Shown piece after piece: positions 38,029-49,773 of a stretch of DNA of 64,000 nucleotides (its first letter is position 1; the number at the start of each line of letters is the position of its first letter). The notes below the pieces were generated by a model. That model was not told the origin of the DNA. It worked only from the letters and a program-made list of their open reading frames with translations, and made no database searches. The stretch is from Podarcis bocagei (lineage: Eukaryota): the NCBI GenBank assembly GCA_964188305.1, contig OZ076885.1. One strand, 5' to 3'. A program made the position numbers and the translations under genes.

Positions 38029-39189
38029 TAGAGGATGGTAGAAGCATAGCTCTTGTATCTAAACCTGGACTAGAAAATTATTTTCCTAATGTGAAGGTGC
38101 TGCTTAAAATAAACACTGAGTTTAAAGTTCCTTAACTAGATTATGGCTATACTAGTTTCTGCAGAGCAAGTTACAAACACTTCTTCATATCAAAGTTTGC
38201 TTTCTCATAGATCTGAAAAAGGATTTGTTATGGCAAATCTGCATTTTATGTTAGTGGTTATTTTCCCAATCATTTATTTTAAGCTTGTTATAGAGGCCAT
38301 ATTTTTTGCATTGCCAGTCTCAGTGATTAGTAGCTGCCAAATAGATGCATGAATATTGGAGACGTGAGTGAAGGCTTGTAATGACATCAGTTTGACTTCC
38401 CCTCTGATTTCATGTTAACATGAAAAGACTCCATAGTATTGTATCATTGAATTGTTTTTCCCAAACTCTGTCCCTCTTGTAGGTTGTGATTTAGGGCTCT
38501 GCTAATTAATTTCTTCTTTCAGAGCAAAGAAAAGATTGTCTTTGCAAATGCATAGGATAACTGATCATAATAAAAGGATTGTGAAAGCTAGAGTCTGGGA
38601 AAATGTACAGAAACATTGTATAAATTTTAGAAGTAGGCTGACATTTTGTTAACTCACTTGAACAAGCAGAACAGACAAGGAAGGTATATGCCACTGCAAA
38701 CTATTTACTCCCATTGCACAATTATGTAACAAATACCACAAATCTACCCCTGTATATATCTGAAGATTTCCAAAAGGCAGCTTGCTTTTATATCTATGCA
38801 TCTTTTGGGGAGGGAAAGAGGGTGTTAAAATTATTCTTTTGACACTGTAAACAATAATTGTTCAAAACTGAACCTGGAAACTCTGCACCTGTATACAATT
38901 TTTTAGCAATAAAGCAGCATGGGCTGAGAATGCACTTAAAATGCCATTGTGTCATTTCTTCTAGGACGAACTCTTGAAACGATAGAAATGTAGGTTCACA
39001 TATTTCAGTTTGCCTTCATTGTGGAGCAGGAGAAAGATGTTTAATCATTGCAAGCTTATATGATTGCGGTGAAACCCCAGCAGCTTTTTAGCACATATGA
39101 GCCACTTCATACTCTCATGTATTTCTCAACAATTATGTGATTGGTTGTCATGTGTTTTGCAGTGCCTCTTCTCCCTCTTCTTCCCAATA

Positions 39190-39392
39190 CAGTGGTACCT
39201 CGGGTTACAGACGCTTCAGTTTACAGACTCCGCTAACCCAGAAATATTACCTCGGGTTAAGAACTTTGCTTCAGGATGAAAACAGAAATTGTGCTCCGGC
39301 GGTGCAGCGGGAGGCCCCATTAGCTAAAGTGGTGCTTCAGGTTAAGAACAGCCCTCTGGAACCAGTTAAGTACTTAACCCGAGGTACCATTG
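39190..39392. mobile_element. Tc1/mariner (Tigger-like) MITE
   Basis: TA|CAGTGGTACCTCGGGTTA...TAACCCGAGGTACCATTG|TA. Confidence 0.88.
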
Positions 39393-39557
39393 TACAGGGC
39401 TTTAAGTTTTTTTCTGAAAACTTATCAGGTGGTGAAACGAATAGGAAAGCAGCGCCATCAGACATAAGCTAACCAGTCAGTCCATTCTGTCAAATTTGTG
39501 TCTTCGCCATTTAAACAGCACTGCAATGCACAATCTTACATTGGACTTGAAATTGTT

Positions 39558-39563
39558 TTTATT
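39558..39563 (-). terminator. OIP5: Candidate OIP5 poly(A) signal
   Basis: AATAAA on the minus strand ~600 nt after the stop. Confidence 0.45.
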
Positions 39564-40161
39564 GTTAAATTGCTTTGAGATGTTTCATAGGAAGCAATTC
39601 ATAAAGTTAATAAGAGAGACAGAAAAGCCTTTATGTAGGCTGCCTCACATCTGTACAAGTTTCCTAACCTATGCTCCACCTTTGGTAGTTTAGGCAGCAT
39701 TTTAAAAACCCTGTTAGCATAGAATTCAACTGGTGTTACAGTTAAGAGTTCAAGTTTGATGAAATTTTAATAGTTTTTAAATTGACACTTTTAGTTTACA
39801 CAGCAGGTTACTGGGTAGACTGAACTGTCTCAAGCCAAATTTAAAATAAAATGCTGAATTGAAGCCACCAACAAAACTGTACGAGCTGTACATTTCCTCT
39901 AAACAGAGGCTGCAAATGCATTCACTGTATAGTTTAGGATAGTATTAACAGATGCAACAATTCCAAAAAAATCCAGGCAGAACTATGTGTGCACATATAA
40001 AAATATAGCAGTTCATATGCTTTGTGTAATCCATTTGCCAGTCCAAGGCACACTGCCATTTTCAAATACTGTACAACCAAAACAGTGGTTGTGTGAAGGC
40101 AAGTACAACCTCATGTTCATCACAGCCAAATGCAGATATGTGACTGCAGAAATTCTACCAG

Positions 40162-40320
40162 TTAGTTGTTCAACTTCTTCCTTGTTCCCCCAGATGCTTG
40201 GCCATGTAGTCTTGTTTTGTAGACCTGCTTTTCAGACATCAACTTCTGCTGGTTTCTTTCTTCGAGTTTCTCAATCAATCGTTCTATCCGTATGTGCACT
40301 AAAACAAGGCTCTCCTTTAA
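40162..40320 (-). CDS. OIP5: OIP5 (Mis18-beta) exon 5, to the stop codon
   Basis: ttttgtag|TTAAAGGAG; LKESLVLVHIRIERLIEKLEERNQQKLMSEKQVYKTRLHGQASGGTRKKLNN followed by TAA. Confidence 0.9.
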   Translation of the reverse strand, partial: LKESLVLVHIRIERLIEKLEERNQQKLMSEKQVYKTRLHGQASGGTRKKLNN

Positions 40321-41930
40321 CTACAAAAAAAAATTTAATCGCCAAGCTTAAATAAAATGAAGTGATGCAGAAAACCAATTATATCAGCCAAATCTTTGTC
40401 AGTGAAAACAAAAAATTGTCCAATATTTTAAGTCCAGCGACACACCTTGTAACTATGCATTTGAGAGGCATCTCTATTAAAGGTGTGGGAGAAAATCAAC
40501 ATTGCACCAAGGCTATTCATTCAGGTCAAGCATTTTGGCTTGCTAGATGAATCAATCCCCTTTCGGGTGTTCTCTCAACCAAACACCCCCTTGACCCAAT
40601 TATAGAGGGCACAGGGGAAGGAGGGGGGAACCGCAGGGGACAAGCAGAAGTCCTAGTTCAGGGTATCTCTTATGTATCTTGGGAAAGTGACTAGGGCAGC
40701 TGAGCGCTCCTTCCTGATAGCTCTCCAAACTTGATTGGCATGAACCCAGCATGCTGACAACCAATCCTTCAAGAATCATGTAAGACAGTTTGTCATGTGC
40801 AAATTTGGTTCCACTTGCTCCTCACCTTTTAGCCCACCTCACTGGCCTCAGATGAAACCTGGTACTGTCAGCTGTGTAGTTTGACAATCATACTTGGGAA
40901 GATTTAAGCTCAGATAGGTCCCCTGTGGCCTACCATAGCTGTTTGCTAGCATGGCCAAGGGTTGCTCATCCCTGGTTTAAACAGTTCTACTTGATCTAAA
41001 TAAATGATGACGCTGTACAGGGCCTGTTCCAAACCTCTCCAACTGCACAGGATCCACTGCGGCAGCTATTTCATTTGACATTTGGGTAATGGCACAAGCC
41101 TTAGAATATGTGAGAGGAGTCCACAATATCTTATTAGTGGAGTATACCATATTTGCCTTTGGCATTCGGCTGCCAAATGTGTTCATGTGCTCTTTGGTTT
41201 AAATGAGCAAAGGACTGCATTAAGCTCAATTTTATGGACTGCTTGTTTTGAAAAGCTTGTTTATGAAAACAGGATGCTGTAGTTAGTTTCCAGAAAATGT
41301 TTATAATTTAAACTGAAAAATGATAATATTTGCTAGTTTAAAGTATACATATTTTCTGGAAACTAACTAGAGCATCCAATTTTCATACAACCATGTGCTT
41401 GAAAGAACAACCGGTGTTGGCTAAGTGTGCCTGGGAACTATTTTTTTTATTTCACAGACTTGGAGGGTTGCCTTTGGTTTGCCAAGCCTCAAAACAGTTT
41501 GTGCCCATTATTATTACTAGAAAAGAGCCTGTGTTTCTATGTTCCATAAATGTCTGAAAGACAGCTCTGACTACTCCTTTTAAACCTCAGTTTAGTATAT
41601 TGTGCAACAGTCTATAAGAGAAACCCAGGTTCAAATTCTGCCCTGTCAAAGACTATCAGCAGAATTCTATCTATGTCTGCTCATAAGTCAGTCATATTGA
41701 ATCAGTGATTTTAGTGGGCCTTATACTCCCAGGTGAATGGGGTTAGGATAGCAGCCTAAAAAAGTTCACTAGACGCTCTCTGTTGCAAGGGTTGCAAAGC
41801 TGATAAGAGCACTTAACATGTTTTGTAATGGTACATATTTTTGTACATTAGTCACATTTTTATCTGCCCAGTTCCCCTGTGAGAAGGGGAAAACAGTAGT
41901 TAACAAACACAAAATCAGAAGAACACTTAC

Positions 41931-42012
41931 TTTCTGTACTTGTTCCTTTAGGCTCACAGGAGGACAGGTCATCTTTGAGGCTTCAATTGTGGTTTTAGTT
42001 TTTAACAAGTAA
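41931..42012 (-). CDS. OIP5: OIP5 exon 4
   Basis: 82 nt, AG/GT bounded; (C)YLLKTKTTIEASKMTCPPVSLKEQVQK. Confidence 0.94.
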
Positions 42013-43229
42013 CTGAAAAACAGGTTAAAAGACAATACATTTTGAAATTAGCTGATCAGTCATAGGAATGTATGAATAAAGGATAAATAACTTATATTGC
42101 AATTTTTCAGAATATTGTGTTCACTTTTTTCAACATTTTATGTCTACTCCAGCAAGAGAAATCTAAATATTCAAAAGTGAAGATTATTAATAATAACAAC
42201 CATGTAATAGTATTTTGCCAGCATCCTGATTTCAATTATATCCTAACATGATATAATCTCCTGAAATTAATAGGTTTCCACAATCTCATACTGCAGTACA
42301 TTTCAGATTCTTAACAATGTATTTTGAAGGACCTAATTATTCAATATACAACACTTATTTTATTTTCAAAAAAATAACTTCTCGCCTCTCCTGTCCCTTC
42401 CTCAAGTAGGCTAAACTTTTGTGGTCATAGATCACTTATATTTTATAGCCAAGTTTTAAGCCCTTTCACACAGCATATTCAAAGGTCAATGCCTTATCAT
42501 GAAGTAATACTTAAGCAGCCAATCAACAAGTAAATGTCATCCACTGAAAAGCACCGTCTTGAGCTGTGACAATACGGTTTCTCATTCACAAGTCAAGACA
42601 CAAGACTGCATGATCATTGTTTAGCATAATAGCAAGGCTATTCAAATCCCAGGTCAGCTGTGAAGCTCACTGGGTGACTTTGGACCTGTACTTCCCACTA
42701 ACCATACAATACTGGGCTGTTGGGAATCTAAACTGGAAGGGAAGCAGTCCCCTGAGCTCTTTGTAGAGGTGATGGGATAAAAAGGGGGGGGGGACAATTA
42801 AGTGAAATCACCCTTAAGATCCAGAAAATATGAATGGTACTTTCCAGTGGCTAATTGAATAAATCTCCTAAACTTTTATTCCCACTGGAAAATTAGTTTT
42901 AGATCAGCTCTCATAACAGCATGGTGTTACTATTGGAATAGTTATTATCAGTTGTATTCTGCTTCAGTTGTACGCCTGCTTCTACCCAAACATTAGCTAC
43001 ATGTTGTGCTGCTGTAACTACCACAGCATAGTGTCTACAAATAATGCCATCAGCCAGTATCTCTTTTGGAAAAGCCTTTTTTAATCGTTTGCATGCCTTT
43101 TTATGAAACCTTCATATATAAACTTATGCAGGATGTCTTGTATGTGTCAGTTTGTTACCCTTCGTTTTACTGGAGTTTATCCGCATGACTTAACCATCCA
43201 ATCAGTTCAATATGCATCTGGACACTAAC

Positions 43230-43349
43230 CATATGATGTTGTCCTTCAAAAGGCAAAAGAAGCCTCGCAGGTGAGCCAGAGGTTTTGAACAATAGAGTCT
43301 GAAACCTATTCCCGCTTTACATTCTCGACAGTACAACATGTTGTAGGTG
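43230..43349 (-). CDS. OIP5: OIP5 exon 3 (second CxxC of the Yippee/Mis18 domain)
   Basis: 120 nt; TYNMLYCRECKAGIGFRLYCSKPLAHLRGFFCLLKDNII. Confidence 0.94.
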
Positions 43350-43518
43350 CTGGGGGGAAAAGACCATGTGTGAAGTCAGCATTCCATAATCTGATTTATG
43401 ACCAAACTAGGGGCTTCAGCCACCATAAGCAACATTTTTGGAATTTGCCCTAGAAAATCCAGAATTATTCAGTTATAAAAACCAAATTTAGAGTATGCAT
43501 CTTTACATTAGTAGATAG

Positions 43519-43652
43519 CGGGCATAGGCAAACTCGGGCCTCCAGATGTTTGGGACTACAATTCCCATCATCCCTGACCACTGGTCCTGCTAGCTAGGGA
43601 TCATGGGAGTTGTAGGCCAAAAACATCTGGAGGGCCGAGTTTGCCTAGCTTG
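43519..43652. mobile_element. Palindromic hAT-type MITE
   Basis: TAGGCAAACTCGGGCCTCCAGATGTTT...AAACATCTGGAGGGCCGAGTTTGCCTA; near-palindromic throughout. Confidence 0.8.
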
Positions 43653-44129
43653 GCCTATAGCTTCCAAATTTACAGGGGAGAGGGGTGTTGCAAAAACCTG
43701 TATGAACATATTCCTCGTGATCAGAATGCAGCATGGTTTCCTTACTACAGAATATGCATCCTTAAACAAAATATGCTGCATTCATCCAAAATATTTACAA
43801 AGAAGTCCTATGGGGGCAGCGGTGGGAGAATCCAAGGTGGATGAAAAACCAAATTGAAAGCTCTGCGGAGCTGGTAGGGCAGAAAATTGGGGTGGGGAAC
43901 AAGGAGGATGTTTCCGAATTTCTTCTTTCACTGGTTCCCATAACATCTTATTGTTTTCACAGTCAGAAAGCTAGAGAAGGCAGAAACCCTTCTCTGCCCA
44001 GATCTTTCTCTATCTATACTCTTCTAGGACCCCAGGATACCCGCCCCAGGAAACGAAGGAAAGAAGAGATGCAAAAAGAGCCGTTTCTCGGAGACAAAGG
44101 ATGCTCACTGGGAATGAAATAAACATTTA

Positions 44130-44295
44130 CCGTATTTTTCGCTCTATAACACGCACCCGTCCATAACACACACATAGTTTTTAGAGGAAAATCCGTAGGC
44201 ATGCCACCCGTAGGCATTCCCTCCATAACACGCACAGACATTTCCCCTTACTTTCTAGGAGGAAAAAAGTGAGTGTTATGGTGCAAAAAATACGG
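44130..44295. mobile_element. Tc1/mariner (pogo-like) MITE
   Basis: TA|CCGTATTTTT...AAAAATACGG|TA; termini related to those of 50559-51287. Confidence 0.82.
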
Positions 44296-44490
44296 TACTT
44301 AAGCCAGGCATTTTATTTTGAAAAAGTACTAAAAAAACCAAGTCTGGTAAATAAAGTATTATTTATTTCATTAGCCACCTTCCCCAAGTCACATGCAAAT
44401 AAAACCAAAAGGTGGCATAGGGTTCCAAGATATGCTTGCTCTTCTAAGCATCTGATGTAGTAAATTTTAATTAAAAAAACTACAACTCAC

Positions 44491-44557
44491 CATCCTTTGA
44501 GGTCTCCCTCAATACAGACCATCAAGTTATCTTCCACTACAACATCATTTGTAACCT
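44491..44557 (-). CDS. OIP5: OIP5 exon 2
   Basis: 67 nt; ttttcag|AG...TG|gtgagt; (K)VTNDVVVEDNLMVCIEGDLKG(C). Confidence 0.94.
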
Positions 44558-45017
44558 CTGAAAAGAGAAGCAGAGCTTTTGCAGATTGAATAAAGCTAAG
44601 CATTCATCAATGCATTACATTCAAACACTTTATTTCATTTAATATTTATTCAGGGACCTGTTAAGACACCTGTAAATTATTCAGATAGATCTCATAGAAA
44701 CAATTTATTTTCATGCATGAAAAATAAGAGACGGCTAGTGCTAGAATCACTGCAACATGCACTTTAGGTTTAATATATATTATTACAGGCATATTTAAAT
44801 TGGTACTGAAGCATTTTACACAAGTTAAGATCTAAATTTAAAATGTCACTTTCAGAAATCATAGTAGAAAAGGGACTCTCACTGAAGATTGCAAAAGTGG
44901 ATTCCTGTTATGATAGAAATTAATGTCATACTTTGGAATTCACACCATTTATTTAGATCATGGCTTGTTGTTGATTTATTTAACATCAGTTAAGATTAAT
45001 ATTAACATTGGTTAAGA

Positions 45018-45074
45018 TGGCGTGCTCTGGTCCATGGGGTCACAAAGAGTCCGACACGACTAAACAACAACAAC
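45018..45074 (+). mobile_element. Bov-B/RTE LINE extreme 3' end
   Basis: TGGCGTGCTCTGGTCCATGGGGTCACAAAGAGTCCGACACGACT followed by a (CAA)n tail. Confidence 0.8.
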
Positions 45075-45314
45075 ATTAACCAGTTTATTGGTTTGGAAAT
45101 GAAAGCTTCTGAACTCCTTGTGGCTATGCCACATGAGGGGAAGAGGCAGGAATCACCCCAACAGAAGGCCCTCTCCACAGCTTATTCACATCACACTAAA
45201 TTGGTTTAGTGTGTGAATGTGGCCTTCTCAGCCTCAGAATGGTTGTGGGAATAAGGGCAAATAGAGTGTCATATATGGCCTGCGGTCTACATTCATGCTT
45301 GGCCAACCCTGTAG

Positions 45315-45316
<2 letters not shown>

Positions 45317-45389
<73 letters not shown>
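45317..45389. repeat. Compound (TC)n(TA)n microsatellite
   Basis: Read directly. Confidence 0.97.
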
Positions 45390-45391
<2 letters not shown>

Positions 45392-45885
45392 ACTGCTGCC
45401 AATACTGGCAAGGTCTCATGGAACTACATCATTTTTGTTTTTTAAATGTATTTTTATTGCTTTTATTTCTTATGCATTACATTTCAGTTTGAATTACAAG
45501 AAAATACAACATAAGAAATGAAAGCAATCAAAATCAAACAGTACCTGGCAGAAGACATCACAGAAATCATGAGCCACGACCAACATTTTTCAAGTGGCGG
45601 GGGCGGGGTGGGTTTGACCATCGGCTCAAATCTTTTAAATTCCATGTTTTGAGCTTGGCACGACCCCTACACGAATGTAACAGGTGTAATGATAACCCGT
45701 GTACATTGCCACGTGCGACAACAATCCTGCGTGTATTTAGTTGAACATCTGTGCAGCCTGATTGATGAAGAGCCCGGTGTAGCTCGAAAGTTCGCGCCTT
45801 TTCTTTTTCTAAAGAAAAGAAAGCGCCTTTCCTTTTTCGCTCCGAGGCTGCCAACCCAACACTCAAAAGAGTGCGACCCACTCAC

Positions 45886-46159
45886 TGAAGCAAACGAGAA
45901 GGCGGAGCTTCTCCTCCTGGGCGCAGAGATGAAGCGAGTCGCCCAGCACCGAACGGCAACCGCGGCACTGGTAAAGCACGCAGTCCTCCAGCCTGAGACT
46001 CCGGGAGCCCGGAAGCCGCTCCCCGGGGTTCTCCGGAGGCTTTGCGCTTTGCTGACCATGGCGGCAGCTCTTCGTCCCGGGTTCCGCCCGATCCACCCTG
46101 ATCACGCCTCCCAGTCGGGGCTCCTGGAAGAAAAGCTCCAGCTGCCGCCGCACGGCCAT
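45886..46159 (-). CDS. OIP5: OIP5 exon 1, coding part
   Basis: ATG at 46159 in context AACATGG; MAVRRQLELFFQEP...LEDCVLYQCRGCRSVLGDSLHLC...VCF; donor A|gtgagt. Confidence 0.92.
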
Positions 46160-46610
46160 GTTGCTTCCCGCCAACTTTTCAAACCTAGTCCCCACCCCCT
46201 GGGGCGCCTATTGGGGCAGTCCCTCATGACGCTAGCAGGCCTTCCCCCTCCGATTGGGTGCCGCTCTTACTCCTCAAGCTTTCCCCAACCAATCGCGTTT
46301 TCCACCCAAAGGGCGCTTTTGTTTTACCTCGGAGCGTGTGGAGAGCCGGAGAAGCCTTCGCGCCTTTTCGAAACAAGGGAACGAAACGGTGGTGGGGTTT
46401 GTTTGTTGTTGTTTTAATTATTTATTTATCCGGGGTTCCTATTGGCTAGGAGCCTCCTTCGAGCACCACCCACTTTCGCTTGCGGCTCGACCAATGAGAC
46501 GGCGGGAGAGGTGATTTCGAAGGCAGCGCGGCGGGGAGGAAAGACGGCGAGCGCTGAGCGGGCGGGTTTGAAGTGCGGCGGTTGGAACGGTCGGTTGGAT
46601 AGAGGCGAGC
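46160..46610. promoter_or_regulatory. Bidirectional OIP5/NUSAP1 cell-cycle promoter in a CpG island
   Basis: 451 bp between divergent ATGs; CCAAT boxes at 46210, 46253, 46289, 46441 and 46491; CHR TTTGAA at 46178-46183(-) and 46567-46572(+); E2F-like TTCCCGCC at 46165. Confidence 0.88.
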
Positions 46611-46703
46611 ATGGAGGCTCCTTCCGCGCAGCAGCTGGAGGCGCTCAAGTACGGCGAGCTGAGGCGCCTGGCCAAGAGCGCGGGGCTGAAGGCCAACCTC
46701 AAG
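46611..46703 (+). CDS. NUSAP1: Nucleolar and spindle-associated protein 1, exon 1 (SAP-like domain)
   Basis: AGCATGG start; MEAPSAQQLEALKYGELRRLAKSAGLKANLK|gtgcgg; 93 nt. Confidence 0.94.
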
Positions 46704-46889
46704 GTGCGGGGGCTGCGCGCAGTGAAGCGGCGTTGGGGCTGGGGAGGGGCGACTGGGTGCGGGCGAGGCGAAACGTGAGAGGGCCGTTTTTCGGAACGAG
46801 AGTCGTTTTCGGCACACATGTCGGGTAACATGGCCGCCGTTCTTTAGCCGTCTAACTTGCCTTGTGAGCCTCAGAGGAGCTCGCGCGCC

Positions 46890-47205
46890 CAGGACGAGCT
46901 AATTAACTTGACACAAGCTATAGCTTAGGGCCCCACTCTCTTGGGCCCCTCCCTAAAAAAAACGAAAGCAAAAAAACCTGGATTTCCAAAATATAAGATA
47001 AAAAACCAAATAAAATAAAACCTACATACAGCAACAGTGTTTTGTGTTGTGTATGGGCCAATTAGGTTCCTAAATTACCATATAGCATATATTCAACATA
47101 AAAAACAGCTACAATTTGTCGTTGACAAAGGACAGCTGGACATATAAAGGCCCCCCCGCTTACCTTCAGTTGCTTAGGGCCTCATCAAACCTAAATCTGG
47201 CCCTG
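46890..47205 (-). mobile_element. Probable non-autonomous DNA transposon fragment
   Basis: Terminus CCTAAATCTGGCCCTG and a repeated GCTTAGGGCC motif; composition changes abruptly after the CpG island. Confidence 0.4.
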
Positions 47206-48244
47206 CAAACACTAGTGGCCAAAATTGGGGAAAGTATATTTCTGAGGTTTGACTGCTCATAACACCACCTTTTTTTGGAGCAATACCATAAAATTATGTA
47301 TCAATGGAAAGATAATTTAATGAAGAATATAATGCAACAAAGTTTGTTCAGTTATCTGTATTCTATCAATACAATTCTATCAGCTGAAACCTTAAATTGC
47401 GACCTGCGCATGCACTGACGCGGCACTGTGGGTTGCGAACATGCATGGATCGCATTCGCTACCCGAGGTTCCACTGTACATCGGAGGCACTAGTCCGTAT
47501 GAACTGTGCCCACTCAAGTTGCCTAGTCAATTTGAAACGGGTGCCCTACTCAAAACAATTATGCCAGAGGGCGATCTTTTCTAGATTGCTTTCCTGTGAT
47601 GCATTTAACTGGCCACAAACAAACACCAACTAGCACCAGCTTTGTAGCGAGTGCTTCTAGATGGCTTTATTGTGGGATCAGGGCTTACCCGTTGCACCCC
47701 TTTGTATACAAATTGGGGGTTGGCTTTTGCTGTCCAACTCCCCAAGGATATTCAAGTGCCCTGAGTCCATGATGGGTCAGAGAAGAATAGCCCACATACT
47801 TTCCATCAAGTTCTGCCTGCAGGTGTGAACAGCAAGTGGTGGAACAGCAGTGAATGTTATCACTACAAAAACAGTGTATGGAAGCTAATGTGCCAAAGAC
47901 ACAGAAAAATCTGGTCTGAATGACTTCTTTGTGATATTAAATATCCTTTCCTAGGAGCACCCAGTATGTTCCTCTTTGTCAAATACAGGGTCCCCAAATC
48001 TGTTAGCTGAACCATATAGCAGTGAAAGACTATGTAACCTATTTCTATACCTAATGTTTTGCCAACTTGAAAAGACTGCCCATTCTTATTACTCAATATA
48101 ATCTATCAGTATAATCTATCATGACATGTCTATTTAATTTAAAGTGACTTACAATGGTGTATTCTCTAATTTTATATGAAAAAAACCTGGTGAAATGAAA
48201 CCTTGTGTACACTGATCTCACATTATGCTTTAACTGTTTTGTAG

Positions 48245-48310
48245 GCAGACAAGTTGTTACATTTGTTGAAGCAGCACTTCCTTGCAACAGTAAAGGAAAA
48301 TGGAAGTATG
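48245..48310 (+). CDS. NUSAP1: NUSAP1 exon 2
   Basis: 66 nt; ADKLLHLLKQHFLATVKENGSM|gtaagc. Confidence 0.9.
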
Positions 48311-48587
48311 GTAAGCACAAAATATATTTTGCCTATCAATTTCTGTGTTTTTCATTGCCTTTAAAACACCTTGCTCACTTGTTAATTATGCATATGCTGG
48401 CACAGAAGTGATTCTCACCTGATTTTTATCAGAATTATTCTTGGGGTATAAACTGTAAGCCATTTTCTGAAATCACCAAATAAGTGATTGATTTTCAGCT
48501 AGGTGGGAAAATCTCCCCATGTTGCTTCTTCAATGTTTACAAATAATTTGGAAATAAGAATGATGTGGTCCAATTTACTTGGTACAG

Positions 48588-48740
48588 GTAAACAAAAGAG
48601 GCTTATCTACAGATACAGATGAGCTGGACAGCAGTCAAAGGCTTGTAAACGAGTCCATGGTGACTAAAAGGCGTAGAAAACAGAAATATGATGATGCACA
48701 GGGAAACCCAGAAGGAAAAACAGAACTTCCAGAGAAAGAG
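48588..48740 (+). CDS. NUSAP1: NUSAP1 exon 3
   Basis: 153 nt; VNKRGLSTDTDELDSSQ...VTKRRRK...PEKE|gtgact. Confidence 0.85.
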
Positions 48741-49169
48741 GTGACTTTATGTATCATTGAGTCTTTGTATTGTAAATATTTACCTACTGCTTTTGGAAGT
48801 TTATGTTGGTATTTTGTGCTTTTGAAAAGCGTTTTATATGAAAAGGCTATAGTGCTTTATGTGATGATCAAAAGGTAACAACATTTGCAAGTTGTGTGTA
48901 CTATGTCCTTCAAAAAGGTGTCAAGAAATGTCTGATCCTGAACCCTGTATAAATTAGGTTATGAATAAGTTACTTTGTAACATTGTTAGTTATTGGGTGC
49001 AAAGAACTATTCAGTGTACTCTCCAGCTTTTGAAATCCATGTTCTGATCGCCCTATCTTTTGTCCGTATATTTACAAGCATGCATTGAAGCCCTAAGGCT
49101 TTCTTTTACTGTTCTACTGTAGCAGAAAAGCAAAATGCTTATTTACAAGTTTATTTTTTTGAACTTCAG

Positions 49170-49338
49170 ATTCTGACAGAGGTGACAGAATGTGAAGAGG
49201 CCCAGGAAGTTGAGTCTAGAAAAACGCTGAAGACCAGCCAAAATAAGTGTCTGTTGAACAGTGGAACTGTAGAAAATTTAGCAGATAACTCAGATACTGA
49301 AGATCAACAAAAAGAGAAAAAAACCAGAAGAAAAGGAG
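49170..49338 (+). CDS. NUSAP1: NUSAP1 exon 4
   Basis: 169 nt, phase 0 to 1; ILTEVTECEEAQ...KTRRKG. Confidence 0.82.
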
Positions 49339-49773
49339 GTAAAGTAACTTGTACTTTTAAGTAAAATGCTTGTTTTGTACTAGGTCAGTACAGTGTGGGG
49401 GACAAGCTGTTGTCTGTATTTTCACACTCAGTAAAATCTAGGATTCTTGGGAGCTGAACAATAGTTTGTAGACAGTAAGATTCAGGGGCAGCAGTGTGCA
49501 GTCTCATGAAGGGTCTAATGTGAGAGGAGCTTTAATGTACCACTTTTACTTTCCTCTTTGTCATCAGCATGCTCAACAAAATCGCCATTGCACAAAGTCA
49601 TTAGTAGAAAGCCTTAGCAAACATTACCCTCATATGAAAGATTATCTGATGGAAACTCGAATAGCTAAATTTGTCCTGCTTAAGAAATATGAAAATATTA
49701 AGAACAGTTTGAAATTGTAGCACTATTGTTGCCCAATAATTTTCAAGTTTTCTCTCATATCTGTTTCCATCAG

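Larger units (their letters stand above)
23045..38930 (+). ncRNA. OIP5-AS1: Cyrano (OIP5-AS1) lncRNA. Exon 1 ~23045-23116; candidate exons 28635-28741 and 29233-29300 (possibly also 28979-29005); last exon from 30210; 3' end uncertain (AATAAA at 35340 or 38908)
   Basis: Lies between CHP1 and OIP5, convergent with OIP5; carries the Cyrano miR-7 site at 32482-32507; exon 1 starts GAAGATGGCGGAGT as recalled for human OIP5-AS1; no long ORF across the spliced exons. Confidence 0.88.

Noticed and set aside
32323-38913. Seed matches for miR-124, miR-137, miR-155 and miR-183 in the Cyrano last exon
   Set aside because: 7-8mers are expected by chance in several kb of AU-rich sequence; no extended pairing seen and conservation cannot be tested here.
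40540-40745. Possible solo-LTR fragment in OIP5 intron 4
   Set aside because: There is a TATA-like motif on the minus strand but no convincing TG...CA ends or TSD.
45689-46417. 242-aa plus-strand ORF
   Set aside because: Antisense shadow of OIP5 exon 1 and the promoter CpG island.
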